64,000 nucleotides of DNA from Lingula anatina (taxonomy: Eukaryota; Animalia; Brachiopoda): NCBI GenBank assembly GCA_051362555.1, contig CM120641.1, positions 4,960,001 through 5,024,000 on the forward strand, in the 5' to 3' direction. The notes under the pieces are model-generated. The model was not told the origin of the DNA, searched no databases, and saw only the letters and a program-made list of their open reading frames with translations. Shown one piece after another: positions 24,241 to 37,799 of the stretch (its first letter is position 1; each line of letters begins with the position of its first letter). Both the position numbers and the translations under genes were made by a program.

Positions 24241-26456
24241 TTACCAGTTATCCAGAAAGTCAAACCCAGTTCTTGCAACACCAGCAGTATCCTGAAATGA
24301 CACAAACATAGAATATCAATAGGCAAAAATACATCTACCAACTAAGTTTGTCTCCACCTGGTTAACATGCCCCTTTCTACATAATGTTAACATTTACTGA
24401 CAGTATTGTGAATTATTTTTCATGTACATCTAATTTGTTTTTATAAATCTTAAAAAATACTTATCTGTGTTTAAAATAATCAAATAATTACATAATTTGA
24501 AAATATAAAAACTTTTCCTTCCAGTCAAATAATCACCTCAGTTCTACCACTGGATTCCGTCTCCATGTAGGCATCATTTTCCATGCTACTACTGCGACTG
24601 CGGCTCCTGATGGAGGACTGGCGTGAAGGGGTTCTACTGGGGACCTGTCTGAAGGAAGACCTTCCAGAGGGGCTCAAAGAAGGTGAACGTCCTCTTAGGG
24701 ACCCTTGACGAGAAGAAGAGCGACTCAGTGACTGTGGCGGACTGTGGAAGGAGCCACGCAGACCTGACATGTCTCGTTCTGGTGTGCGTCTAATGGAAGA
24801 ATGTCTGGAAGGGCTTCTGACCAGCACAGCAGTGGAATCCTGGAAGCTTCTGGCAGAAACTCTGTTAGTGGCACTTCTTACGAAGATGTTTTCTATTGCA
24901 TTTCTCATGGATCCTTGAGTAGAGGAATCTCTGGTAAATGATGGCTCAGGAGATGTTCTCCTGGAAGACCGCTGGGATGAAGTCCTGCTGAAACTTCTTT
25001 CTGGTGTTGATCTGAGGGATCCTTGCTGTGTGTTGGTGTACATGTCTGTTGGATGGTAGGGACCTCTTGTATCTGAATTGGATGACCTTGATCTAACAGA
25101 AGACTGTCGAGAAGGGGGTTTGTCGGTAAAAGATGACTGTTGTGATCTAACAGATGCCTGACGCGATGGAGACTTCCCTCTAAAAGAGGAATGTCTAGAT
25201 CCTGGACCCATGCTCTGGCCTGGACTAGAATAATCTTCATAAGGTCTGTCTATAATGCCAGCATCTCTTGGCAACATTTCACCAGATGTCAGCTCTTCCA
25301 CAGGACTTGTATACTTGTTTCCTTGAACTCCTTTCTGGAAAGTAATTCCAAATCTTTGAAATACATCATCTAATTCTTCATGGTGTTCACTGCTTTGGCT
25401 GCTGGGGTAGCCAGAGTCCATAGGCACTGATAGACCTCTGTCAGACAGAAGAAATGGAGACTGCCAGATGCTTTTCTCTCGTTTCCAAGGAACATCTTTG
25501 TTGCCATCTCTTTCTGTGGAGTTTTCTCTTGATTGGGATATTGCACCTGAAGACCTTTTTGATTTCTTTCCTTCCTCTTCGGCACCAATGTCAAGAAGGG
25601 ACAAATTCTGTATGCTCTATAAAAAATTATAGTAATAATATCAAACTGAATGGGTGGGTCGAGGCATCTAATTTAAATAAGTCTGTCTACTTAATTTTTC
25701 ACTTAAAAACTGATATTCGAAATCTACTTCATGAATTATATGCATCATCACCTATTATTGAAACAAATTATGAAAAAACTAAACATGGAAATTTTACTTG
25801 TCCACTGTATTTCAAAGTAAGATTACCTTTGTTTCCCAACTGAATGGACCCGAGTGCTCATCCTGCCATGTCCAACCCTAAAGAGGAGAAAATATCCATT
25901 TTTTTAACACAATGTGACATTCATATATCTAATGAATAGCCATCTGGGTGCTGCCCTTATACTGTAAAAACAACAAGTTTTTATCATTGTCCGTATTACA
26001 GTCTTTTTTTTTTACTTTATTTATTTATAACTTAAATTTTTTATTGTAACATTTCTATCTTTTAGTCTTGCCAAGTCTTTTTTTTTCATTATTTTTTATT
26101 GCATATCTCCAAAAGAAAAATACAATTTGATAACTAAATAAACATCTCCTTCACTCACTCTTCTTTCACACACTTACTTCATTGTCAAAATCTATTATGA
26201 TTTTTTCTCCACAATCTATTTTCAATTTAGGAAACCACTGAGGTACTGGAGACGGGCTTGGGTAGTCCTGATACTTTTCTTCCACTTCGGGGCCGATGAA
26301 ATGTTGGTCTATCAACTTTTCCTGGTCCTCAAACGAAAAGTTGTCCCAAGCCTTTCCGTACGTATTTTTCACCTGGCTCCGTTCTAGCATGATCTTTCTT
26401 GCTAAAGGGTTTATGGAGGAAAAGTAGCTATCAATCTTTTCCTCCAAAGACCCCAT
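24241..26456 (-). CDS. C1orf198: C1orf198 (DUF4706)-like protein, ~486 aa, 4 exons (26456-26178, 25877-25827, 25616-24537, 24291-24241)
   Basis: N-terminal YFSSINPLARKIM...YGKAWD; WQDEHSGPFSWETK; C-terminal TGFDFLDNW*. All introns are phase-0 GT-AG. Confidence 0.88.
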
Positions 26457-27315
26457 CTTTCTGTCCGATTTGTGGAGAAAATCACTACACTGTTATCTGT
26501 CACAACATCTGGCATCCCCCTGTCCTGGCCATCCTAAATAAGACGATAGGTGGCGATGAGAAAAAGATGGACATTGATAGAAGTTTTCCTAATTTTCTGC
26601 AGTATGCACACATGCTCTACCCTGATTCCTTTATAAAGACCGATTACATTTGTTTTGAATAGGATTATTTGTCTATGTCCGGTTAGTACTCTATGTTATG
26701 AAATAAAGTTTAGTCTTAAAAAAAAAGCGCCATCTATTCGTAGGAAAACAAAATGTCAGCGGCCATGGGGGAAAAGTGCTCCGATTTAAAGGTTCGTGTT
26801 TTTCACAGTTTTTAGATGCGACAATTTATATTGTTCTCATTCTGTATGAGGTCCTAGCCATTGGACATCAACACCAGCAGTAAAAAATTGTCTTGACACA
26901 ATCACAAGTTTCCTGTTTGTATTCCACTCCGTTCTGTTCTGTTCAGCGTTAAGACGTAACCAGGCGGTGGAAACGCGCTACTTATATGATTAAGACGAGC
27001 CTAGCCGTCAGTACCGGATATTGTTTTATGACCTTGAGGAGCAAGTTTGGTCTTTGCGGCACGCATGAACAGTAGTCGAACTACCACACCTGGGTCTTTT
27101 GTTTTTGACAACTGTTCACTCGTCATCGAGGCGCTTGTGCAAGACTACAGGCTGATATCTACTAGTACTACCAGTGGCTTCATTAGTAACGTTCCCACAA
27201 TACTTAGTTTTCTGTCTGTGCGTACATACCCTGAAAAAAGCCAGCCTCGCTGACGAGAACAATGGACGTTTCTCACCCCTCTCTAGGATTACCCCTGACG
27301 TAACTAATAGTACAG

Positions 27316-28594
27316 GGGTCCGCCATATAGATAAACGTCCCAATAAAATATTCGTCTCGATAGATACGTCTCTATACATAGACGTCTCAATAGATTTACG
27401 TCTCGTTAAATTTACGTTCCGATAGATCCACCAACAGATTCCTATAAACCCACATATCTTTAGATCCAGGTACCGCTAGATCCATCTATCTGACATCGTA
27501 ATCGGCTAAAATGCCGATATCTACTTGAGATACGGGTATGAGGCTTTCGAGTGATACTGTAGTCTCGCTGTGAGTACTGACCCACTTAGTGATGTGACTT
27601 GATTACAACCTGATATTTATTTATTTATTTATTAGGTTTTCAAACAAGACATACATGTACATGTAGGGCGTTCGCGTCTACATGTCTACATTTACTATCG
27701 TTTACTGTCATTTACTTCATTCTGCAATGTAGGCTACGCACGTAACTTCATCAATGTAAACTACTTGGACACAATAACGACATAACTTTGTTATTTTGTC
27801 CAAGATGTAAATAACTTCTATATAAATGCAGGCATAAATAACGCCGATTTTTGCCTGCAAACTTTGGGTAATGTTTGTCAACCATACAGTAATGGTTTCT
27901 ATCAAGTATACAAGACAGTTATCAGGCAGAATCATTCATGAAATGCCCAAATAAATCATACACAGTATAAAATAAGAAGGGTTTACTTGTAAAACTCTTT
28001 AACATTATTTCATCAACTTTTGCCGAGTTCTTAATTGACGGGTTGGTGTGTGTGTGTGGGTTTTCTGGGATTAATCGCTACAAAATAAATGTATAATCTT
28101 AGGTTCCTGTCAGAAGCCTTCGTAATCAAAACTAAATGAATGTAACATGAAAATAACAAAACATCTAGTGAAATCATAAATTTCTGTCAGATAATGTATA
28201 AGGAGGCCTAATAATTACCCGAGTATTGCGTAAAAACGATCTAGTAGAATAATAAATTGCTGAAAGATTTAATAAGTGTACTGTCGTTTTAAAAAAGTGC
28301 ATTTTATGTACTGAGTAATATACTGAGCAATAGTGTATATGTACCTGTAATGGATCTATCGGTATTTGGATCTAAAAATACGTGGATCTATAGGTATGCG
28401 GATTTAAAGGACGTGGGTTTATGAGGACGTCGTATCTATAGGAACGCAAATATATGGGACGGTGGTAAAAAATCGGATCTATCGGTATTTAAATTTAAAA
28501 AGACCTTTTTTCAGTTTTTCCTTTATGTATCTATCGGTAACGGGAGTATAGGGACGTGTAATATTTTGGGACTAAATTTTATCCGTACGCACCC
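27316..28594. mobile_element. Mutator-like (MULE)/foldback non-autonomous element with 9-bp TSD
   Basis: ATAGTACAG at both 27307-27315 and 28595-28603; termini GGGT.../...ACCC; inverted subterminal arrays of (CC)GATAGATCC and CGTCCC at left and GGATCTATCGG and GGGACG at right. Confidence 0.75.
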
Positions 28595-28636
28595 ATAGTA
28601 CAGACAGACAGTCACGTCATTTTCAGCTGACACCAA

Positions 28637-31600
28637 ATGGCAATGATGGTTATACGCCCCCGACCACAGTGTATTTAAAAGCCGCCGATTACATCCGATT
28701 ATTATATTAATTATTGTATGCTTTACTTCGCTGATTACCCTTGAATTGGTTTGTAAATAAAGCCTTTGAAATGAAAGTAATAAATTAAATAATAGAAATT
28801 TATCATTTTACAACACCAAAACTCTTAGTCATTTCTAATTGGGCTGTTTTATTTTTTGATAAGCTCCACTTAGGTAAGATGGGTTAACGGTAAATGAATG
28901 AATGATTATCAGTGTTTTCTATTATTTATTGGCAGGCCACCTTAGATAATCTCATTTTATTACCAAAATCCCCAAAAGACATATCAACTGCTGTTACATG
29001 TCTGATAAAGGGCGGTTGTTGTTCGAGGTGTGTACTTCGGTTTTTGGGTGAAAAGGAGCCAAGTACTTATAGGAGATCTCCGCAGGTATTAAAATTTTAC
29101 TTGTGAATACAAACTGTAGTTAAAGCAACATTTTACCATTAACATATTACCAATTAGAATATTAATTGTAGCCCTTTTATCTGTATAATATAGTGTGGAA
29201 ATAGAAGTGAATATGAAAAATCTGAATTTGATAATTTTTTATACTTACCAGTTAATTGAATCTTTTTTTTTCATATTTTACAGGAAACCTTACTTCTTGT
29301 TCAAAACTTATTAAATGCAAGTGAAATTGACAAACAAAATGGACATGATGATGATGAAACATTAAAACTACCAGAAGCTCAGATTTCCACACCATGCACA
29401 GCATGTCTAGGAGTTTTAGCTGAGTACTGTGAAGATGATTTCCTTCTGCAGGTATTATGTGTAAAAATATATAATATTGTTTTTCCTAAAATATACCACA
29501 ACCAGTTACATGAATCACTAATCACATTAGATACCATAGATAAAAATCACATAATATTATTTTACATTTTGCATTTATGAATTTAATATGTGCAAGGTTG
29601 ATATGTGATGGATGTCTTTCTGACATGAATACAAATTTATTTTACTTGCAGGTTAAACAAAAGATTGAAAGCCAAGACTTTCAGTTTGAAAATTTCTGTT
29701 CTGCGATCAGCCTTCCTGTGCCATTTCTTGTTCGAGAGCATTCCATCATGGTGCTGTTGAGAGAAACATTACCGTAAGTGTTAATTATTTATGCAAACAT
29801 TTTTTGTAATGATTAACGAGTAGTTGATTTTGATACTTTTCCTTAACATGTATAGACAATTATTTTCATAATTCCAACCATAATCCCAAGGTAATGTTTT
29901 GTGTTTTACAAGTATTATAAAGTTTTTTTTTTTATATTGTTAAAAAAAGATTTGAGGAAATTAAAATTTTAATTTAAAGATACATTTTTAAAAACCACTT
30001 GTCAGTACATAAATATGTGACTTGTTTATGCTTCTTTATGGTCATAAAACATGGATTAACTTTATGTTATGAAAGAAATAGTATTATAATTATAATAATA
30101 ATTATTATTATTATTATAGTTTAGTGTACTTGCCAGTGTTGCCTGAACATATCACGCCACTGAAAGATGTGTGGAAGTGGATAAGTGGTCACAGGCTTGC
30201 AGAGATGCTAGGGAAAAGCTTTGAACAAAAAGTAGAGATTGGAAGATGATTCAGAGTTGTTTTACTTCATAATTGCCACAATTAAATTGATTGTTTGTAG
30301 TTGTGTAATTTTAAAGATAGAATATCCTTTTCTTGTGCAGGGTGTGCAAATTTTTTTCATGCCAGCTTGTTTTTCATCTTTATTTCAATTTCGTGATGGT
30401 TATGATTTTGTGAAATAACAATTCATGATGAAGGAAAGTATTGATGTTTCTGGTTTTTAGACGTTCATTATTTCATAATGTAAAATGAGAAAATTTATCA
30501 TTTCAGAGTCCTTTTGAAATTGCAATTTTCTTTACCCATCCTGAGGTAGAAAAAGAATGTAATTTTCTGTAAGTTCTACTCTTAAAGAGATTAAAAAACC
30601 CTAACAAATAAAATTTCTTTAATTTATTGACTTAAAAGATGTCCTCAAGCTTTTTGCAAACATTGAACATTGAACATTTAACTGCTTAAAGAACATTCCT
30701 GTGTTATATCTGTTTGATAATAACATTTTAGATTGGACTTGTTTCCTGAAGTGTACAGAAAGCGGAAAACTAACAAGGTAAGTAGTCAAACCACATGTCA
30801 TTATTCCTGACACATTTTATAACAAGCAAGAAAATTTACTCAGTCAATTACTGATTTGAAATTGACAGACATGCATAGGACAAATAATGATGATTTGTAT
30901 TAAAAAACACCGTACTTCATATAAATACCTATACTCTAATTTTAGCATGGTTGGGAGTTGTTCACAAGAATGAGTGTTGCCAAATCATTAAATTCTTTAA
31001 GAGATGTCACTTTTAAAAAGTAAGTACGTATTGGACATATATTTTGCATGAAAGTGATTTTGTGCTTTAAATTACTTAGAGAAAAAAAGAACAAGTTTAC
31101 ATTCAACACATATAGGAACGCCTTTCATAATCAAGTACTGAAGTTAAAGTTAAATTTAAGTGGCATTTTAGACTAAAAATGCCATAGGTTGTCAATTTGC
31201 TTAGGTGTTTATTACATTTAATAGTTTGAATGGTCATACTGAAAGTGCTAATTTAAACTTCCAATTGATTTCAGGAATAGCCAATGTCCCCCAAAACCTG
31301 TATCTGTGCCTTGTACATGTGAGGCAGTCAGAGGGACCCACACTGCAATATTTTTAGCAGGTTGGTTTAAGACAAAATTAGGCATTTTCAAGTTTTATTT
31401 CATTTTATTCATTTGTTTTATTACAAGTTAACAGGGTGATTTTTTGTTTTTATAAATTTTATAATGTTTAAATGCAAATTATTACAGAACATTCACAGTC
31501 AAAGATGATACTAGTATAATAGCTTTGAGATTGAAGGTAATCAGCTCTGCAGATTTGAATTGTAATTGTACCACCAGCGTAGGCGCTGGCGGTACACATG

Positions 31601-34600
31601 GTTTAGTCCCGACCCGTATGTTCCGCCGGCTCCTGCGGCTCCGCCGCCAAGTCACCGTTACTGCTTCTCCTCCTAGACTACTAGGGCCTGCGTACCCATC
31701 TGTTGGATTTAGGTCAACTATAATCTCAACTCGTTCCACGTAAAATTTGGGCTTTGTCGGTATTGGGGTCTAGGTGTGGCACTCATTGAAATGCACCCTT
31801 GTCTAAAAATGGCAAAATTAAATGCTAATTATCTACCCTACGGAAGGAATTATGGGAAAAATTTCTACAGACGGCTTTCCAAAAGTCATATGTGTAGATT
31901 TCAAATATGCCCTTGGATTTGACCTTTGACCTTTATTTCAAGGTCAAACGGGCCAAAATTTTCAAAAAAAACAATTTTTTTACGAAAAAAAAATTATTTG
32001 CGCTGTTATTCAGACACCACACAGACTTAACCAATAATATTATTGGAAAGTGTTACCCTTCAGGTCATCATTTTGCGCGAAATTCTTTGACCGAGAATTT
32101 GGGGTCAATCGGTGCATTTTCATGGGAGTAGCGGCCATAAGATACTGAAATTGTATTCCATACGGTTTTCAAGTTACGCTGTATCAAAAAGTACATATTG
32201 GTGGTGAAAGCAAAATGTGCAGTACGGTAATGGATAATAAATTTTGAACAAAACATAAGGCTTGGCGAGGCAGACAACCTGTGGTCAAAAATGACATTAT
32301 TTCATCAAATTTGAACATCTGGAACTTCAGAGCACCTCCCATTTCAAGAATTTTGACCAAAATGACCTTTTCTTTATTTTAATTAATTTTTTCTGTACGA
32401 AATTTATGGCACATTATTGTAACTCCAAAATTATAACATTTAGTCCCTTATATCTCCAAAACTGGCATAGATAGGTCCATAGTTACTATTGAAGTTGAAT
32501 AGGAAATCATATACTGGCAATCTAAATGTGACCTTGAAATTGACCTTTGACCTACTTTTCATCATGAATTAAACTTTGCAAATTTTGGTTCCCTTTTATC
32601 TCCAAAACTGGCAGAGATAGGTCTATGGTTACTATTGAACTTGAATAGGAAGTCATATACTGGCAATCTAAATGTGACCCTGAAATTGACCTTTGACCTA
32701 CTTTACACCATAAACTGAACTTTTCAACTTTTTAATGCTTTTATTTTCAAAACTGGCAGAGATACGCCCATAGTTACTATTGAATTTGAATAGAAAGTCA
32801 TACGAGGCAATCTAAGTGTGACCATGAAATTGACCTTTGACCTACTTTTCATCATGATATGAAGTTTACAAACTTTGGTTCCCTTTTATCTCCAAAACTG
32901 GCAGAGATAGGTCCATAGTTACCATTGAACTTGAATAGGAAGTCATATACTGGCAATCTAAATGTGACCTTGAAATTGACCTTTGACCTACTTTACACCA
33001 TAAACTGAACTTTGCAACTTTTTAATGCTTTCATTTTCAAAACTGGCAGAGATACGCCCATAGTAACTATTGAATTTGAATAGAATGTCATACGAGGCAA
33101 TTTACTGTGACCTTTAAATTGACCTTTGACCTACTTTTAACCATGAACTGAACTTTGCAAATTTTGTTCCCTTTTATCTCCAAAACTAGCAGAGATAGGT
33201 CAATAGTTACTATTGAACTTGAATAGGAAGTCATATACTGGCAATATAAATGTGACCTTAAAAATTGACCTTTGACCTACTTTTCATCAGGAATTGAACT
33301 TTGCAAATTTCCGTTCCCTTTTATCTCCAAAACTGGCAGAGATAGGTCCACAGTTACTATTGAACTTGAATATGAAGTCATTAGAGGCAATTTACTGTCA
33401 CCTTAAAATTGACCTTTGACCTACTTTCAACCATGAACTTAACTTTGCAAATTTTGGTTCCCTTTTATTTCCAAAACTGACAAGATACGCCCATAGTTAC
33501 TGTTGAATTTGAATAGGAAGTCATATACTGGCAATCTAAGTGTGACCTTGAAATTTACGTTTGACCTACTTTTTATCATGAATTGAAGTTTACAAATTTT
33601 GGTTCCCTTTTATCTCCAAAACTGGCAGAGATAGGTCCACAGTTGCTATTGAACTTGAATAGGAATACTGGAATACTCAAATACTGGAAATTTACTGTGA
33701 CCTTGAAATTGACCTTTGACCTACCTTACTATGAACTGAACTTTGATTGTACCATTTTTAGTTATATATATTTTTTTTGCATATTTTGAGAATTCTTGTT
33801 GATTGCATTTTTTACAGCTTGTCAAGCACAAGACTGGTGGTGGTGGTGTCCCTTTTTGTGTGTGTGGGGGTCTATACGATCGCGCTTACCCCAGCTGGTG
33901 GTACAATATTTGGAGGCGGTATCGCCTCTCTGATCCTCTAGTTTTGTTTGTGATCATTTATATTATGATATTATTCAAAAACATAGACAATTGTCTTGTC
34001 TTGTTATTATTCTAGGACGTTACAACAAATTTAGCAGACATTTAAGTCAGACTCCATGGGTAATAGAAGGAGAGAGAAAAATGGAAAGCTCTGTGCAAGA
34101 ACTAATTGGGACTTTGATTCAGGAGAAAATAAAGGCTGATGGTAAATGTTGATGAAAAGTTACAAAGTGATTTTGTTTAAAATGTTTAAGGCAAATGTTT
34201 GTGATGTTAATTTAAAGTTTAAAAAACAGTTACTGATTAAAAAGGAAATTTTCAATTTTAAAAGTAAATCAAATTATATAAAGCAGTATGACTTTTCCAT
34301 ATTGTAACAATTGAAATAAAGAAGTACAACTTGCCCTTTTTTTCAGATGTAATTTTCTCAGCTTCTGGGAGAGAAGATGTTGATGTTAGAATGCTTGGAA
34401 GGGGTGAGTATAAAGTATCAGAATGACAGTTTCATTCTCCTTCAGACCTGTGAAAAATAAATGGTAAAAATGTTATATATCAATGAGGCTGCATTCATAT
34501 TTTTTGTTGCATTTGTTTATCTTTACAGGTAGGCCGTTTGTATTAGAAGTTGTTAATCCACATGCCAGGGCATTCACTCAGGATGATCTTGCTGCTTGGC

Positions 34601-37454
34601 AAAAGGTATTTATAAACATTTCAGGGTGAGAAAGTATATTTTTGTAAAGATACTGTAAAGATATTTTGTGTAATTATGCATTTTAAAGTTGTTCTTTTTT
34701 ATTTTCATTACTCAGAGTATTTGGTAGAAAAGTGGAAATAGAAAGTAACAGATAATAGAGTAACAGGTTTGAAATTTACACATTAGGTTTTGTTTCCAGG
34801 ATATAAATAAAAAGACCAAAGATATTGCAATACGTGACCTTCAACTTGTGTCTAGGTAGGAGAGCATTTGGATTACATAGTAATGAGTAGATTTGATGAT
34901 AATGTAATGGCAATGGAAAAATGGCATCAAATCATGATTTTCATAAAAGCAATTTCTTGACTTTATTATTATTTTTTTTAATTTATATATTTTTTATTTT
35001 ATTTTCTTGTAGAAATAATAGATACAAACATGATTAGTTGTTAACTTTTTGATTTATTCTTGAAACTCTTTTAGAGAAGAAACAAACAAGCTAAAGGAAG
35101 GAGAAATGGAGAAAGTTAAAAGTTATTGTGCTCTTTGCTGGAGCCATCAACCTTTCACAACCAAACATCAGGAAAAAATAGCGGCTGTCAAGGTAATGGT
35201 TTACTTAATTTTTTTTAATGTTTGTTTTTTAGTAAAGTGAGGAATGCCGTTTGATGATTTTCTGTTTGAATTTAAGGATGTAGATAACAGGGGTAGCTAT
35301 CTTCTAAACCGGCCAAGATATACCAACATGTTACATATCAATAGAAAGCTTATTTCAACAGCTCTTCATTTCATATACTTATTTTATTATGTAATCCTTA
35401 AGTAATGAGATATAATGCTTAACAGGTGTGCTCAACATGATCTTTACACCTTAAAAACTAAAAGTCCACTACAAATGGACATGTGTAGACAGCTTGACTC
35501 GTGAGCCCTCATAGGGATCAACAAGAACGCGCCTCAAATTAGCGATATGTGTTAAATTAGCAGAGATATCAAAATAAACTTGGTTTCCAGTTCAACGAGA
35601 CCCCCTAGCCTAACTAAAGCATGCCTAAGTTGAAAACGGAGCTGATGTTATGAAATCCCAGACACATACTTTCAGACAAACCTTAGATCTAACGAATGAA
35701 TACCAGCTTTCATCGGTTGAGATTTCTAATTAATTTTGACACTGGTCTAAATCGTTCTCTTGAAGCCATAAACTGAAGCGGAGAAATCAGCCTTTTAGTG
35801 CTCCCCGGAGATTCCAACGTTATATAATCAGTGAGCTGCATTGGCAAGCTGAGAAATTTAGTTATTTATACTGGTTCAGCCCTCTACTCACTGCCTATGT
35901 AACTGTCACTATTTCTTTCATCCATTTTCAACATTATTATTGAACATTTTCAACCGGAGGCCCCCTCCATGCATTGACAGCAGCCACCATGTTAGTCGTG
36001 ACGTCAGCTTTCTTCACCACGTGACACCTAGGGGGAGTGCCTTTGCCCATATACGTCTCATCTATATGTCTGCTTTTTAAAGCTTTAATAGATCATCAGA
36101 ATTAAGTTCACTGATAAATGAAAAGTATTGTTTGGCAAGTGAAAGCGCGACGTTACTCACAGAATGTGAAAGGCTTCGCAGCAATCTAGTACGGGAAATA
36201 TACAGCTGCACAGTGGAGCTGCCAATCAAACACATATATGGACAAGTGTGACCTACTTTAAAACTCAGACATGCTACCACAGGGGTAAATCAGCAATTAG
36301 GCTAAAATTACGGGTTTATTTGTAAACTTCCATTATTTTAAGATAGGCTGATATGTAGTTGATATTTCATCTATCTAATACTGACAAATTCAGAAAAACA
36401 CCCAAATTTTGACAATTTACTGTTAATTACTACCTTAAATTACACAAAGGTAACAATTCTATTTTTACAAGAATGGAATTTCAAAACTATGGAATTTCAA
36501 AAATATGATTTTACTTTTAGGATTTGAAATTGTTCCAGAAAACTCCCATTAGAGTATTACATAGGTAATTATATTTCATTTTTTTCTGAAAACTAGTAAT
36601 TCAAATTAGTGTCTTTCATACTGTTATATATTTAAAATAGTAGTGCAGTGTTTTTAGAACATAGTAAGCAAAAATATCTAGATAAATATTGTTAGGAAGC
36701 TTGAAACATAAACTAAATTATTTTGCAGGAGAGCCCTAGCAGTAAGAGAGAGGGTGATACATTCAATGTCTTCAGAAAAAGTAGATGATTGTCATTTTAA
36801 GTTGTATTTATCCACTCAGGCTGGAACGTATCCTTTCTCTCATATTTCATATAGAACTTAATTATAGGTGTTTTTTTAGATTTATCATTTATTAATGCAG
36901 AGTTGTCAACATTTTAGTGTTCAAATAGATAAATATTTTACATTATGTTATTTGTAATGGAAGAACACCTTACAGTGAATAAGTGTAGAAGATGGAAACT
37001 CTGGAACAGCTTTTTTTCAGCTTGAATCAACATTGTGGTGAAATGGAAATATTAACCAAATTTTTTATTGCCTTTGAACTGTCAGATAAGAAAAGCAATA
37101 AGTTGTATTTAATAATATTTGTGCCATAACTGCTACCCAGTTATATAAAAGAATTTGTCCATGGTGATTTTGGACGAACAACACCAAACTTAACCACACT
37201 TCTCGAAATGGAATGTGATATCTTAGAACTGGATGTAGAGGTCAGTGCCTTTTCATACTTTTCATACTGTGAAAATACTTTGAAGTAAGTTGGAAACATA
37301 GCTGATACATTCAAAATGATAAATGAATTCACAGAGCTAAAATATTTTGCAGTCAGTTGAAAGAAATTCTTTTTCATGGTGTATGTAACACAAAGCCCCT
37401 TTTTTTCAGGCTGTAGAGTTAGACTGGCCACCAAATCTGGGAGACCTTACGTAG
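28637..37454 (+). CDS. PUS10: tRNA pseudouridine synthase Pus10 (exons incl. 28936-29085, 29284-29451, 29652-29773, 30120-30231, 30507-30568, 30732-30777, 30946-31019, 31275-31360, 34016-34141, 34347-34403, 34529-34605, 34800-34855, 35075-35192, 36521-36564, 36729-36827, 37141-37240, 37410-37454); first micro-exon 28637-28648 is tentative
   Basis: CxxC pairs (CSRC, CTAC); AGRYNKFSRHLSQTPW; catalytic SASGREDVDVRMLG; QKTPIRVLHRR; TQAGTYIKEFVHGDFGRT; C-terminal LDWPP. Confidence 0.95.
31563..33943 (+). mobile_element. HINE-like element, family B, full copy with ~11 tandem ~115-120 bp satellite units (32450-33750) in a PUS10 intron
   Basis: SubTIRs TTGTACCACCAGC / GCTGGTGGTACAA; 3' hairpin GAGGCG-GTAT-CGCCTC then CTAGTTT; tandem unit TATCTCCAAAACTGGCAGAGATAGGTCCATAGTTACTATTGAAC...TGACCTTGAAATTGACCTTTGACC. 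Confidence 0.8.
35276..36434. mobile_element. Putative Kolobok-type non-autonomous DNA transposon in a PUS10 intron
   Basis: TTAA on both flanks; imperfect TIRs GGATGTAGATAACAG / CTGTTAATTACTACC; higher GC and CpG content than the surrounding intron. Confidence 0.5.
36828..37140 (+). other. U12-type (minor spliceosome) GT-AG intron in PUS10
   Basis: Donor GTATCCTTT; branch-point-like GCCATAAC 10 nt before the 3' end; no long polypyrimidine tract; splicing restores QAGT|YIKEF. Confidence 0.9.
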
Positions 37455-37787
37455 GCATCAATATGTAGAAGTATTCCATTTCAACCGATTTCTGTGATCT
37501 TCCTGATGTAACCATTTTGTCTTTGCAATTTGGACGAGACACCACATGCCAAAACAAGCCATTTCGTTTGACTCTATTTCAAAACAAATTATGTATTCAC
37601 AAGAAATACTTTATTCTTTCTATATTCACATTAGTTGACATTTTGCAGCTAAGAAGAGTGAAAATCACTTCTTTGGACTTTTTCAATGATTGTAACCTAC
37701 ACTTATCAGTTTGATAATCTCTACCAAATTGTGTTTGTCACTCAGCTTTTATAAGCCACACACAGTAAGGAGATTATCTAAGCTTCA

Positions 37788-37799
37788 TTTATTAATAAA
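37788..37799. terminator. Palindromic TTTATTAATAAA: candidate poly(A) signal for both PUS10 (+) and Rel (-)
   Basis: AATAAA on each strand, back to back, between the convergent stop codons at 37454 and 38370. Confidence 0.5.

Noticed and set aside
27047-27425. Overlapping short ORFs in the C1orf198-PUS10 interval
   Set aside because: No motifs or splice structure; they partly overlap the MULE-like terminus.
32450-33750. Regular ~115-120 bp repeats resembling a CRISPR array
   Set aside because: Whole units repeat with no unique spacers, there are no cas genes, and the array sits inside a HINE-like element in a eukaryotic intron.
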